From an uncultured Sphingomicrobium sp. (lineage in GTDB: Bacteria; Pseudomonadota; Alphaproteobacteria; Sphingomonadales; Sphingomonadaceae): a DNA stretch of 64,000 nt. The position numbers and the translations under genes were made by a program. Where the stretch lies: the NCBI GenBank assembly GCA_964235815.1, contig CAXSCF010000001.1:26313-90312 (forward strand), read 5' to 3'. Below, piece after piece: positions 28,118-36,422 of the stretch; position 1 is the stretch's first letter, and each line of letters begins with the position of its first letter. The notes beneath the pieces are model-generated. The model was not told the DNA's origin, ran no database searches, and saw only the letters and a list, made by a program, of their open reading frames with translations.

Positions 28118-28147
28118 AACGTCCGCTTTCCACCCATTGCGGACTTT
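28118..28147. repeat. Hairpin repeat copy 3
   Basis: AACGTCCGCTTTCCACCCATTGCGGACTTT. Its loop and stem core are identical to copy 2. Confidence 0.7.
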
Positions 28148-28479
28148 CGGAAATCCCTATCTTACATCCTCGTGCTCCGGCGCAGGCCGGAGCGGTGCGA
28201 GGTAAGGGTGTCGCGCAACATCCGCGCAACGCTCCGGCATGCGCCAGAACACGACAAAAATAAGACTCGCAAAATAGGATTTCACCTGCTTGGTTCGAAT
28301 CGGCTCTTTCTATCTGTCGATCATGTCGAGTCGTCACGCTGTTTGGAAGTGGCCCTTCCATCGTTTGCGCCGACGTGAGTCCCCGGCGAACTTGATGAAA
28401 GTCACACTTTTGCGTGCGAGGGCATCAACTTCGAACGCATTTGCGCGGTTTTTCAGCTTTCGGCGTCAACTTCGCCCCG

Positions 28480-29601
28480 CTAGGCCGCGAGGGGTTCGCC
28501 GATCTCCGCCGCCTCGGTCGCGCTGATCGTGCCCCCGCCCAGCAACCGCTCGCCGTCATAGAAGACCGCCGACTGGCCGGGGGCGACGCCATATTCGGGG
28601 GTGTCGAAGTTCACGCGCATACCGTCCCATCTGGCTGGCGCGGCGCGCGCCATCGAGCGCACCTTGGCTTCGACCGCGATCTGGTCCTCGGCGAGCCAGT
28701 TCAGCCCGTCCACCTTCGCCGCGGCGACCGCCAATGCGCGCCGCGGGCCGACTACCAGCCGCCGCGTCTCGGGCTCGATCCGCACGACGTAAAGCGGCTC
28801 CGCCTGCCCGCCGATCTCGATCCCGCGGCGCTGGCCGATGGTGAAGTGGACCACCCCCTGGTGGCGGCCGAGCTTGATTCCGTCGAGCCCGACGATGTCG
28901 CCCGGGGCGGCGGTCTCGGGGCGCAATTTCTTGACCAGGCTGGCATAATCGCCGTCGGGCACAAAGCAGATGTCCTGGCTGTCGGGCTTGTTGGCGACCA
29001 CTAACCCCGCCTCCTCGGCCAGCCGCCGCACGTCGCTTTTGGGCAAATCGCCCAGCGGGAAGCGCAGGAAGTCGAGCTGTTCCGCCGTCGTCCCATAAAG
29101 GAAATAGCTCTGGTCGCGCGCCGGGTCGCGGCCCTTCCACAGTTGCGGCTTGCCATCCACCACCACCCGGCGGACGTAGTGTCCGGTGGCGAGGCAGTCG
29201 GCGCCAAGCTCGCGGGCAAAGGCGATCAGGTCGACGAACTTGACCCCCTGGTTGCACAGGCTGCACGGCACCGGGGTCCGCCCGGCGGCATATTCGTCGG
29301 CGAACTTGTCGATCACGCTGCTGCGAAAGCGGCTTTCATAGTCGAGCACATAATGCGCGATGCCGAGCCGGTCGCAGACGGTCTTGGCATCGTCGATATC
29401 CTGCCCCGCGCAGCACGACCCGCTGCGCTTGACGGCCTCGCCATGGTCGTAAAGCTGGAGCGTGACCCCAATCACTTCGGCCCCGCTCTTTGCGGCGAGC
29501 GCGGCGACGACGCTGCTGTCGACCCCGCCCGACATGGCGACGACGATGCGGGCGGAACTCGGTCCGTTACGGAGATCGAACTGGCAGGGCATGGTCGACA
29601 T
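28480..29601 (-). CDS. mnmA: tRNA 2-thiouridine(34) synthase MnmA
   Basis: [20 protein letters not shown]-loop and MnmA body. The internal ATG (MSTMPCQF) has GGAG upstream; the listed ORF's 117-codon extension is spurious. Confidence 0.9.
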   Translation of the reverse strand: MSTMPCQFDLRNGPSSARIVVAMSGGVDSSVVAALAAKSGAEVIGVTLQLYDHGEAVKRSGSCCAGQDIDDAKTVCDRLGIAHYVLDYESRFRSSVIDKFADEYAAGRTPVPCSLCNQGVKFVDLIAFARELGADCLATGHYVRRVVVDGKPQLWKGRDPARDQSYFLYGTTAEQLDFLRFPLGDLPKSDVRRLAEEAGLVVANKPDSQDICFVPDGDYASLVKKLRPETAAPGDIVGLDGIKLGRHQGVVHFTIGQRRGIEIGGQAEPLYVVRIEPETRRLVVGPRRALAVAAAKVDGLNWLAEDQIAVEAKVRSMARAAPARWDGMRVNFDTPEYGVAPGQSAVFYDGERLLGGGTISATEAAEIGEPLAA

Positions 29602-29668
29602 CTTTACTCCAAATTCACCTCGTCCGGCTAGAGCCAGTCGCAAGCAGTGGCGTATTGAGGGGTCGGAC

Positions 29669-29899
29669 TTGTCGAAGCATGACAGCGATATCAGTCCGGC
29701 GAGCGCGGTGTCGGATGAACTGGCCGAGCTTCTCGCCACGCTCGGCGACATGCCGCGGGCGAACCCCGACCGGTCCGACGCAATGGCGCAATATCTCTCG
29801 GGGGAAGATGGCTGGCGCGATGCCCGCCGCACCTTGCGCGGAGCCTTCGCCAAGGGGTCCCGCGCCGGCACAGGGTTAACCGGAAGGCAGGACAGATGA
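29669..29899 (+). CDS. Candidate small ORF (~76 aa), hypothetical
   Basis: The TTG at 29669 follows GAGGGG by 6 nt. Codons are GC3-rich and the sequence is protein-like ([39 protein letters not shown]). It sits in the otherwise empty mnmA/sciP-like intergenic region. Confidence 0.3.
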   Translation: MSKHDSDISPASAVSDELAELLATLGDMPRANPDRSDAMAQYLSGEDGWRDARRTLRGAFAKGSRAGTGLTGRQDR

Positions 29900-29990
29900 A
29901 GCCGGCTGAAACCAGCGTGTTTCAGTTTTTCGCAAGGCCTCTCGTTTAACAATTGGCCATCGACCGCAAATTAACGTGATTGAGGATGGG

Positions 29991-30290
29991 ATGCTCGAGA
30001 ACCAGAAAATCAAGCCTGCCCAGGTGATCGGCCCGCTCGGAGAGTCGCTGACCCTGGACTCGCTGCCCGCGCCGAGCACCACCCGCTGGGTCGTGCGGCG
30101 CAAGGCCGAAGTGGTCGCCGCGGTGGCCGGCGGCCTGCTCAGCGTCGATGAAGCCTGCGCCCGTTACACGCTCAGCCTCGAGGAATTCACCAGCTGGCAG
30201 CGCGCCGTCGACCGTTCGGGGATGCCCGGCTTGCGGGTCACGCGGATCAAGCATTATCGCGATCAATACGAGCGCCAGCAGCGCTACTAG
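29991..30290 (+). CDS. DUF1153 protein (SciP-like small CtrA-inhibitor family)
   Basis: RWVVRRKAEVVAAVAGGLLSVDEACARYTLSLEEFTSWQRAVDRSGMPGLRVTRI matches the DUF1153/SciP core from memory. The ATG at 29991 follows GAGGA; the listed ORF starts at a GTG at 29976. Confidence 0.75.
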   Translation: MLENQKIKPAQVIGPLGESLTLDSLPAPSTTRWVVRRKAEVVAAVAGGLLSVDEACARYTLSLEEFTSWQRAVDRSGMPGLRVTRIKHYRDQYERQQRY

Positions 30291-30330
30291 AAGTGAGGTA
30301 GGCGGCACCGAGCCGCTCATCACGACGAAG

Positions 30331-30362
30331 GGGCTCGACCGGCGACGGTCGGGTCCTTTTCG
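30331..30362 (+). terminator. Intrinsic terminator after the DUF1153 gene
   Basis: GGGCTCGACCG-GCGA-CGGTCGGGTCC forms an 11-bp stem (two G-U pairs) with a GNRA loop, followed by TTTT. Confidence 0.65.
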
Positions 30363-30402
30363 CTTCCCTGGCTCTCCGCACTAGACAGAGCGTTCTTTAT
30401 CC

Positions 30403-30428
30403 GGAACAATCATTGCGCATCACGCGTC
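30403..30428 (+). promoter_or_regulatory. Candidate EcfG-type (general stress response) promoter
   Basis: GGAAC-N17-CGTC compared with the recalled consensus GGAAC-N16/17-CGTT. It lies ~55 nt upstream of the GlsB/YeaQ-family gene, a typical general-stress-response target class. Confidence 0.35.
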
Positions 30429-30484
30429 TTGATGCCGGAAGGTCGTCTCGCAACGAACGGGACGACCACGAACAGGAGGAACGC

Positions 30485-30757
30485 ATGCTTACTTGGATCC
30501 TTATTATCATCGTCGGCGGTGTCTTGGGCTGGCTCGCCAGCCTCGTGATGCGCACTGACGGACAGCAGGGCATCTTGCTCAATGTCGTCGTCGGCATCAT
30601 CGGCGCCATTCTCGGCGGCCTGGTGCTTGCCCCGCTGCTTGGTGGCGGCTCGATCACCACCGGCGACTTCTCGCTTCCCAACCTGCTGATTTCGCTGCTT
30701 GGCGCGATCATCCTGCTGGCGATCGTCAACCTCGTTCGCCGCGGGTCGGTTCGCTAA
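30485..30757 (+). CDS. GlsB/YeaQ/YmgE family stress-response membrane protein
   Basis: MLTWILIIIVGGVLGWLASLVM...GILLNVVVGIIGAILGG, with AGGAGGA before the ATG. Confidence 0.8.
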   Translation: MLTWILIIIVGGVLGWLASLVMRTDGQQGILLNVVVGIIGAILGGLVLAPLLGGGSITTGDFSLPNLLISLLGAIILLAIVNLVRRGSVR

Positions 30758-30787
30758 GCGCTTTACCGCGACGCAGACCAAAGAATT

Positions 30788-30819
30788 GGGCCGCCCGATA
30801 TGTCGGGCGGCCCTTTTTT
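30788..30819. terminator. Strong intrinsic terminator between convergent genes
   Basis: GGGCCGCCCGA-TATG-TCGGGCGGCCC is a perfect 11-bp stem followed by TTTTTT. The opposite strand has a weaker U-tract. Confidence 0.8.
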
Positions 30820-30821
30820 GC

Positions 30822-31553
30822 TTATTGCAAGTCGAAGCTCATCGACAGTGTAACCTCGAGGTCCTGGCTGCCCGGATCGATGTCCGTCCGCGAAATCTTC
30901 GATCCGGTCACGACAATGCTGCGTTCGGCCATCGGCATCGGCGGGCGCGGATAATTTCCACCGCCCTCGCTGACCGCGACCAGCCGCACCACCCGCATTC
31001 CCAGGCCGCGGGCGTACAGTTCGGCCCGCGCCCGGCCAGCGGCGATCGCTTTGATCCGTGCCTCATCATACGCTGTTTCGGGCTTGTCGATCGTCAGGCT
31101 CGGCCCGTTGATCTGGTTGGCTCCCTCCGCCACCAGCGCGTCGAGGATGCGCCCCGAGTTCCGGATGTCGCGAAATTTGATCGAAACCGTGTTCGACGCT
31201 TGATAGCCCGTCAGAACGGGTGTCCGATTGTCCTCGTAACGATAGTCGGGGTTGAGGTTGATCGAGCTGGTCTGAATATCGCGATCGGCGATCCCGGCGT
31301 GCTTCAAGGCGGCACGGACCTTTTCCATGCGCACCGCATTGTCGGCAATCGCGCCCGACGCAGTGGTCGATTTGGTCACCACCCCGGCCGAAATGATCGC
31401 CAGGTCGGGAATGCGGGTGACGGTGCCCGTGGCGCTGATATCGAGCCGGGTCGCCGCATTGGCGCGGGCGATCGGCGCCGGTTCCTGCGCGGCGGCGGAG
31501 ACCGCGGTCACATTCGCGACGCCGATCAGCAGCGCTATCATGGTCCTGGTCAT
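30822..31553 (-). CDS. SIMPL (DUF541) domain periplasmic protein
   Basis: The internal ATG (MTRTMIALLIGVANVTAVSAAAQ) has AGGAAG upstream. LTGYQASNTVSIKFRD is a SIMPL-like pattern. Confidence 0.75.
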   Translation of the reverse strand: MTRTMIALLIGVANVTAVSAAAQEPAPIARANAATRLDISATGTVTRIPDLAIISAGVVTKSTTASGAIADNAVRMEKVRAALKHAGIADRDIQTSSINLNPDYRYEDNRTPVLTGYQASNTVSIKFRDIRNSGRILDALVAEGANQINGPSLTIDKPETAYDEARIKAIAAGRARAELYARGLGMRVVRLVAVSEGGGNYPRPPMPMAERSIVVTGSKISRTDIDPGSQDLEVTLSMSFDLQ

Positions 31554-31639
31554 GATCACTTCCTTTGTTGCAAAACATCGCGCCGACGCTGGGCGCGGCG
31601 CGATGGCTTGTCGCTGAACAACCGTGAACTCCAAAGCAG

Positions 31640-31900
31640 CTAGCGCCGGCGCATGATCATCCGATAGAGAAACAGGATGATGAACGCCCCGACGATCGCG
31701 GCGACGAAGCCCGCCGCCTCGCCATCGCGATACCAACCGATCGACTTGCCGATGAACCCCGCCAACACGGCACCCGCGATGCCCAGCAGGATGGTGACGA
31801 TGCACCCGCCCGGATCCTTGCCCGGCATCAGGAGTTTGGCGATCCCGCCGGCGATCAGGCCGATGACGATCCAGCCGAGGATCCCGTGAGTCTCGATCAT
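31640..31900 (-). CDS. GlsB/YeaQ/YmgE family stress-response membrane protein (second copy)
   Basis: GILGWIVIGLIAGGIAKLLMPGKDPGGCIVTILLGIAGAVLAGFIG, with AAGGGAG before the ATG. Confidence 0.8.
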   Translation of the reverse strand: MIETHGILGWIVIGLIAGGIAKLLMPGKDPGGCIVTILLGIAGAVLAGFIGKSIGWYRDGEAAGFVAAIVGAFIILFLYRMIMRRR

Positions 31901-32103
31901 GCGTGCGCTCCCTTAGCGTGTGACAAGTATGCGCCATTCGACCATGATCGCGGCGGATTGGCAACCGTCGCCGTCCGCCGCCACGACATCGCCGTTGGTA
32001 GAAAAAGTCTTTTGCGGTATCGAACCGTCGCGCAGTTGCGAGTAGTGCCTTAGGTGTGTAACACAGCACGGATCGAAGGTCGATACGTGCTGGACGAGAA
32101 AGA

Positions 32104-33288
32104 ATGCCACCAATGAACCGGGAAACGATCATCGAAAGCTCCGACCGACTGATCGTCGTCGATCGCGCCAAGCGGCGGCGGACGATGGTCATTGCCGCGG
32201 TGGTGATCGTGGCGGTGCTGATCGGGGCTTATTTCCTGTTCGGACGCCATGACACTGTGCCCGACGCCATGTCGGGCGGGCGTCCGGCCGGGGGCCAGGT
32301 CCCAAGCGTTACCGTGGTGGTTCCCGGACGCACCGATGTGGTCCGCACCATTACGGCCTCGGGCTCGCTCGCTGCGCGGCGGGAAGAGCCGGTGGGGGTC
32401 GCGGGCGAAGGCGGGCGCGTCGCCCAAGTCTATGTCGATTCCGGCAGCTGGGTCCGTCAGGGGCAGGTGCTCGCCAGCATCGATCGCTCGGTCCAGGGGC
32501 AGGAAGCCAATCAGCTCGCTGCTTCGATCGCGGTCGCGCGGGCCGATGCCGCTCTCGCCCAGAATGAACTCGACCGAAGCGCGTCGCTGGTCGGGCGCGG
32601 GTTCGTGAGTAAGGCCGATCTCGATCGAAAGCGCGCGGCGCGCGATTCGGCCAATGCCCGGGTGCGTGTCGCCGAGGCCCAACTCGGTGGCGCGCGTGCG
32701 CGCATCGGCCGGCTCGATGTCCGCGCGCCCAGCGCCGGACTGATCCTCGCCCGCAACGTCGAAGTCGGACAAGTGGTGAGCGCGGGTGCGGGCGGATTGT
32801 TCCGGCTGGCGCGCGGCGGCGAGATGGAAATGCGCGCGGCCTTGTCGCAGCAGGATCTGGCAGCGATCAAGGTCGGGATGATGGCAACGGTTACCCCGAC
32901 AGGCGCCGATCATAGTTTTGCCGGCCGGGTGTGGCAGATCGCGCCGGTGATCGACCCGACCAGCCGCCAGGGCGAAGTCAAGATCGCCATTCCCTATGAT
33001 CCTTCGGTTCGTCCCGGCGGATTCGCCCAGGCCAAGATCGCCAGCGGTTCGACGACCGCCCCGCTGCTTCCCCAAAGCGCGGTGCTGAGCGACGAGCAGG
33101 GCAATTACGTGTTCATCGTCACCCCCCAGCGCAAGATCGAGCGCCGCCCGATCAAGGTTGGCTCGATCGACGATGACGGGGTGACCGTGGTCGAAGGGCT
33201 GACGGGTCAGGAATCGGTCGTGCTCTCGGCCGGTGCCTTCCTCAATCCCGGGCAGAAGGTTGCTCCTCGTCGCCAGGCGGCGCGTTAG
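32104..33288 (+). CDS. Efflux RND transporter periplasmic adaptor (MFP/HlyD family)
   Basis: N-terminal TM anchor, coiled-coil and beta-barrel pattern. It lies directly upstream of the RND pump gene. Confidence 0.85.
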   Translation: MPPMNRETIIESSDRLIVVDRAKRRRTMVIAAVVIVAVLIGAYFLFGRHDTVPDAMSGGRPAGGQVPSVTVVVPGRTDVVRTITASGSLAARREEPVGVAGEGGRVAQVYVDSGSWVRQGQVLASIDRSVQGQEANQLAASIAVARADAALAQNELDRSASLVGRGFVSKADLDRKRAARDSANARVRVAEAQLGGARARIGRLDVRAPSAGLILARNVEVGQVVSAGAGGLFRLARGGEMEMRAALSQQDLAAIKVGMMATVTPTGADHSFAGRVWQIAPVIDPTSRQGEVKIAIPYDPSVRPGGFAQAKIASGSTTAPLLPQSAVLSDEQGNYVFIVTPQRKIERRPIKVGSIDDDGVTVVEGLTGQESVVLSAGAFLNPGQKVAPRRQAAR

Positions 33289-33299
33289 AAAGACGTTTC

Positions 33300-36200
33300 A
33301 TGAATTTTCGCAACGTCTCTTCGTGGGCAATCCGCAATCCGCTGCCGCCGATCGTGCTGTTCATCGCTTTGCTGCTGGCGGGTATCGTCTCGTTCATGGG
33401 AATGGACGTTAACGATAGTCCCGACGTCGAATTCCCGTTCGTCAACATCAGCATCTCGCAGCCCGGCGCGGCCCCGACCGAACTCGAGACGCAGGTCACG
33501 CAAAAGGTCGAGGCGGCGGTGCGCGGCGTCACTGGGGTCGAAGAAATCAATTCCTCGGTTCGCGAGGGCAATTCGAACACCTTCGTCCAGTTCGCCATCG
33601 GCACACCGGTCGATCGCGCCACCAACGATGTCCGCGACGCGGTTTCGCAAATCCGCGGCGACCTGCCCGAAGGCATCCTCGAGCCGCAGGTGGTGCGCGC
33701 CGAGGGCGGCAGCCAGCTCGCCATCTTCGCGGTCGAAACCACCGACATGACGCTCGAGCAATTGAGCTGGTATGTCGACAATGACGTGTCGAAAAGATTG
33801 CTGTCGATCCCCGGCATGGCGAGCGTCGACCGCTACGGCGGCGTGCAGCGCGAAATTCGGGTCATCCTCAACCCTGCCGCGATTTCTGCGCAGGGCATCA
33901 CCGCAGCCCAAGTCAACCAGCAGCTCCGCCAGATCAACCTCGACAGTGCCGGCGGCCGCGCCGAAATTGCCGGCTCGGAACAGTCGGTGCGCGTGCTCGG
34001 CAATACCAAGGGCGCGGCGCAACTGGCCCAAACCCAGATTTCGCTTCCGGGCGGCCGCGCAGTACGGCTCGGCGACATCGCTCAGGTGATCGACGGCAAC
34101 AGCGAACAGCGCTCGATCAGCAAGATGGACGGCAATCAGATTCTCAGCTTCGGCATTTCGCGCGCCAAGGGCGCGTCGGACGTCACCACTTATCAGGAAG
34201 CTGAAAAGGCGCTGCGCAAGATCGAGGCCGACAGCAATGGCCGCGTCAAGTTCAACCGCATCTACACCGAGGTCGATTCGACCATCGAGCAGTACCGATC
34301 GTCGATGGAAATGCTGTGGGAAGGGGCCTTGCTCGCCGTCATCGTCGTATGGATTTTCCTGCGAGACTGGCGCGCGACGATGATCGCCGCAGTCGCGATC
34401 CCGCTATCCGCAATCCCGACTTTTTTCTTTCTCGACCTGATGGGCTTCACGCTCAACTTCCTTAGCCTGCTCGCGCTGAGCCTGGTCGCGGGGGTGCTGG
34501 TCGATGATGCCATCGTCGAGATTGAAAATATCGTCAGGCACATGCGAATGGGCAAAACCGCTTATCAAGCGTCGATCGACGCCGCCGACGAGATCGGGCT
34601 GGCGGTGCTGGCGACGACCTCGGCGATCATCGCGGTGTTCCTGCCAGTTGGGCTGATGCCTGGCATTTCCGGGCAATTCTTCAAGAATTTCGGGTTCACC
34701 GTGGTGGTCGCGGTGCTGATCAGCCTGTTCGTCGCGCGGCTCATCACCCCCCTCATGGCGGCCTATCTGCTCAAGGGTCATGGCCATGAGCCCCACGCCG
34801 AAAATGCCATCATGCGGTGGTATCTGCGCGCGTTGAAATGGACCCTGCGCAACCGCTGGTCGGCAATCGCCGGTGGTGTCGCTTCGCTGGTGCTGACCGG
34901 CTTGCTGTTCAGCCAGATCAGCTTCGCGTTCATGCCGCCGCAGAACCGCGATTTCAGCCAGGTCCGCATCTTCCTCGCCCCCGGGTCGACCCGGGCACAG
35001 GCCGAACAGGTGTCGAGCGAGGCGCGGCGAATCGTCCAGGCCGCGCCCGAGGTCGAGCGCGTGGTGGAGCGCGTCAATGTCGGTAGCGCGACGCTCAACC
35101 TGACCCTGTCCAAGAGCCGCAAGCGGACCTCGACCGAGATCGAGCGCAGCCTTGCGCCAAAATTGTCCGAAATCGCCGACGCGCGGGTCAACTTTCAGTC
35201 CCAGTCGCAAGGCGGCCCCGATGGCGGCAGCGGCGGCGGGCGCGACATGACGCTTAACCTCGGCGGCGACGATCCCGAGGTCCTGCTGGCGACCGCCAAC
35301 AAGATCGCGGCCGAAATGGAAAGCTTGCCTCAGTTGCGCGCCCCGCGCGTCAACGGCGACCTCGTCCGTCCAGAAATCATCATCCGCCCGCGGCAGGACC
35401 TTGCCGCCGACCTTGGGGTTACGACCACCGCACTGGGCTCGACGATCCGCCTCGCGACGCTCGGCGACATCGATCAGAACAGCGCCAAATTTTCGCTGAG
35501 TGATCGCCAGGTGCCGATCCGCGTGGCAATTTCGGAGAATGACCGACGCGACCTCGCGACCCTGGAGAACCTCCCCGTCCCGACCCAGTCCGGGGGTTCG
35601 GTGCCGTTGAAATCGGTCGCCAACATCTCGTTCGGCGCCGGGCCGACCACGGTCCAGCGAACCAATCAGATGCGGCGTATCGCGGTCGGCGCCGATCTCG
35701 CCCCGGGGATCGTGTCGGGCGAGGCGTGGAACAAGATTCGCGCGCTCCCGACGATGAAGAATCTTCCCGCCGGCGTGATCGAGCTCCAGCTCGGCGACAG
35801 CAAGTGGCAGGGCGAACTGATCCGCAACTTCATCATTGCCGTCGTCGCGGGGATCCTGATGGTGTTCGCGGTGCTGGTGCTGCTCTACAAGCGCGTGCTG
35901 GTGCCGTTCGTCAACATGGGGTCATTGCTGCTCGCGCCGCTCGGTGCCGCGGTGGCGCTGACGATCAGCGGCGATCCGGTGTCGCTGCCGGTGTTCATCG
36001 GCCTCCTGATGCTGCTTGGGATCGTCGCCAAGAACAGCATCCTGCTGGTCGATTTCGCGGTCGAGGAGATGGATCGCGGGGTCGACAAGGACGAGGCGAT
36101 CGCCGAGGCCGGGCACAAGCGCGCCCAGCCGATCGTGATGACGACGGTGGCGATGGTCGCGGGGATGGTCCCGGTCGCATTGTCGCTGACCGGCGAAAGC

Positions 36201-36392
36201 TCTTTCCGCGGCCCGATGGGGGTGACCGTGATTGGCGGATTGATCTTCTCGACCGTGCTCACCTTGCTGATCGTCCCGGCGAGCTTCAGCATGGCGGTCG
36301 ATGTCGAAAGCTGGCTCGGTCGCAGGTTCGCCAAGTTCCTCGACAATGGCGAGCCCCATCGCGCCGGCGCGGACCCGCTTCCTGCCGAGTGA
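33300..36392 (+). CDS. Efflux RND transporter permease (AcrB/AcrD/AcrF family)
   Basis: 1030 aa, MNFRNVSSWAIRNPLPPIVLF..., with 12-TM RND architecture. No outer-membrane factor gene is adjacent. Confidence 0.9.
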   Translation: MNFRNVSSWAIRNPLPPIVLFIALLLAGIVSFMGMDVNDSPDVEFPFVNISISQPGAAPTELETQVTQKVEAAVRGVTGVEEINSSVREGNSNTFVQFAIGTPVDRATNDVRDAVSQIRGDLPEGILEPQVVRAEGGSQLAIFAVETTDMTLEQLSWYVDNDVSKRLLSIPGMASVDRYGGVQREIRVILNPAAISAQGITAAQVNQQLRQINLDSAGGRAEIAGSEQSVRVLGNTKGAAQLAQTQISLPGGRAVRLGDIAQVIDGNSEQRSISKMDGNQILSFGISRAKGASDVTTYQEAEKALRKIEADSNGRVKFNRIYTEVDSTIEQYRSSMEMLWEGALLAVIVVWIFLRDWRATMIAAVAIPLSAIPTFFFLDLMGFTLNFLSLLALSLVAGVLVDDAIVEIENIVRHMRMGKTAYQASIDAADEIGLAVLATTSAIIAVFLPVGLMPGISGQFFKNFGFTVVVAVLISLFVARLITPLMAAYLLKGHGHEPHAENAIMRWYLRALKWTLRNRWSAIAGGVASLVLTGLLFSQISFAFMPPQNRDFSQVRIFLAPGSTRAQAEQVSSEARRIVQAAPEVERVVERVNVGSATLNLTLSKSRKRTSTEIERSLAPKLSEIADARVNFQSQSQGGPDGGSGGGRDMTLNLGGDDPEVLLATANKIAAEMESLPQLRAPRVNGDLVRPEIIIRPRQDLAADLGVTTTALGSTIRLATLGDIDQNSAKFSLSDRQVPIRVAISENDRRDLATLENLPVPTQSGGSVPLKSVANISFGAGPTTVQRTNQMRRIAVGADLAPGIVSGEAWNKIRALPTMKNLPAGVIELQLGDSKWQGELIRNFIIAVVAGILMVFAVLVLLYKRVLVPFVNMGSLLLAPLGAAVALTISGDPVSLPVFIGLLMLLGIVAKNSILLVDFAVEEMDRGVDKDEAIAEAGHKRAQPIVMTTVAMVAGMVPVALSLTGESSFRGPMGVTVIGGLIFSTVLTLLIVPASFSMAVDVESWLGRRFAKFLDNGEPHRAGADPLPAE

Positions 36393-36422
36393 CTTATGCC
36401 AAGCGGCGTCTAGAGTGACGGC

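Noticed and set aside
28292-28303. GGTTCGAATCGG, resembling a tRNA T-loop, inside the low-GC islet (possible tRNA remnant or att site)
   Set aside because: The flanking bases do not form a T-stem (CTTGG against CGGCT), and no acceptor or anticodon arms could be built. This is most likely coincidence.
26965-28480. Low-GC islet, considered as a prophage remnant, IS element or defence island
   Set aside because: I found no integrase, transposase, terminal inverted repeats, nuclease, ATPase or toxin-like ORF in any frame. It is reported only as a compositional or repeat-rich islet.
29946-29975. Two TTAAC motifs upstream of the SciP-like gene, considered as a CtrA box
   Set aside because: The spacing between the TTAA cores is 21 nt, not the 7 nt of the TTAA-N7-TTAAC consensus. 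No TTAACCAT half-site is present.
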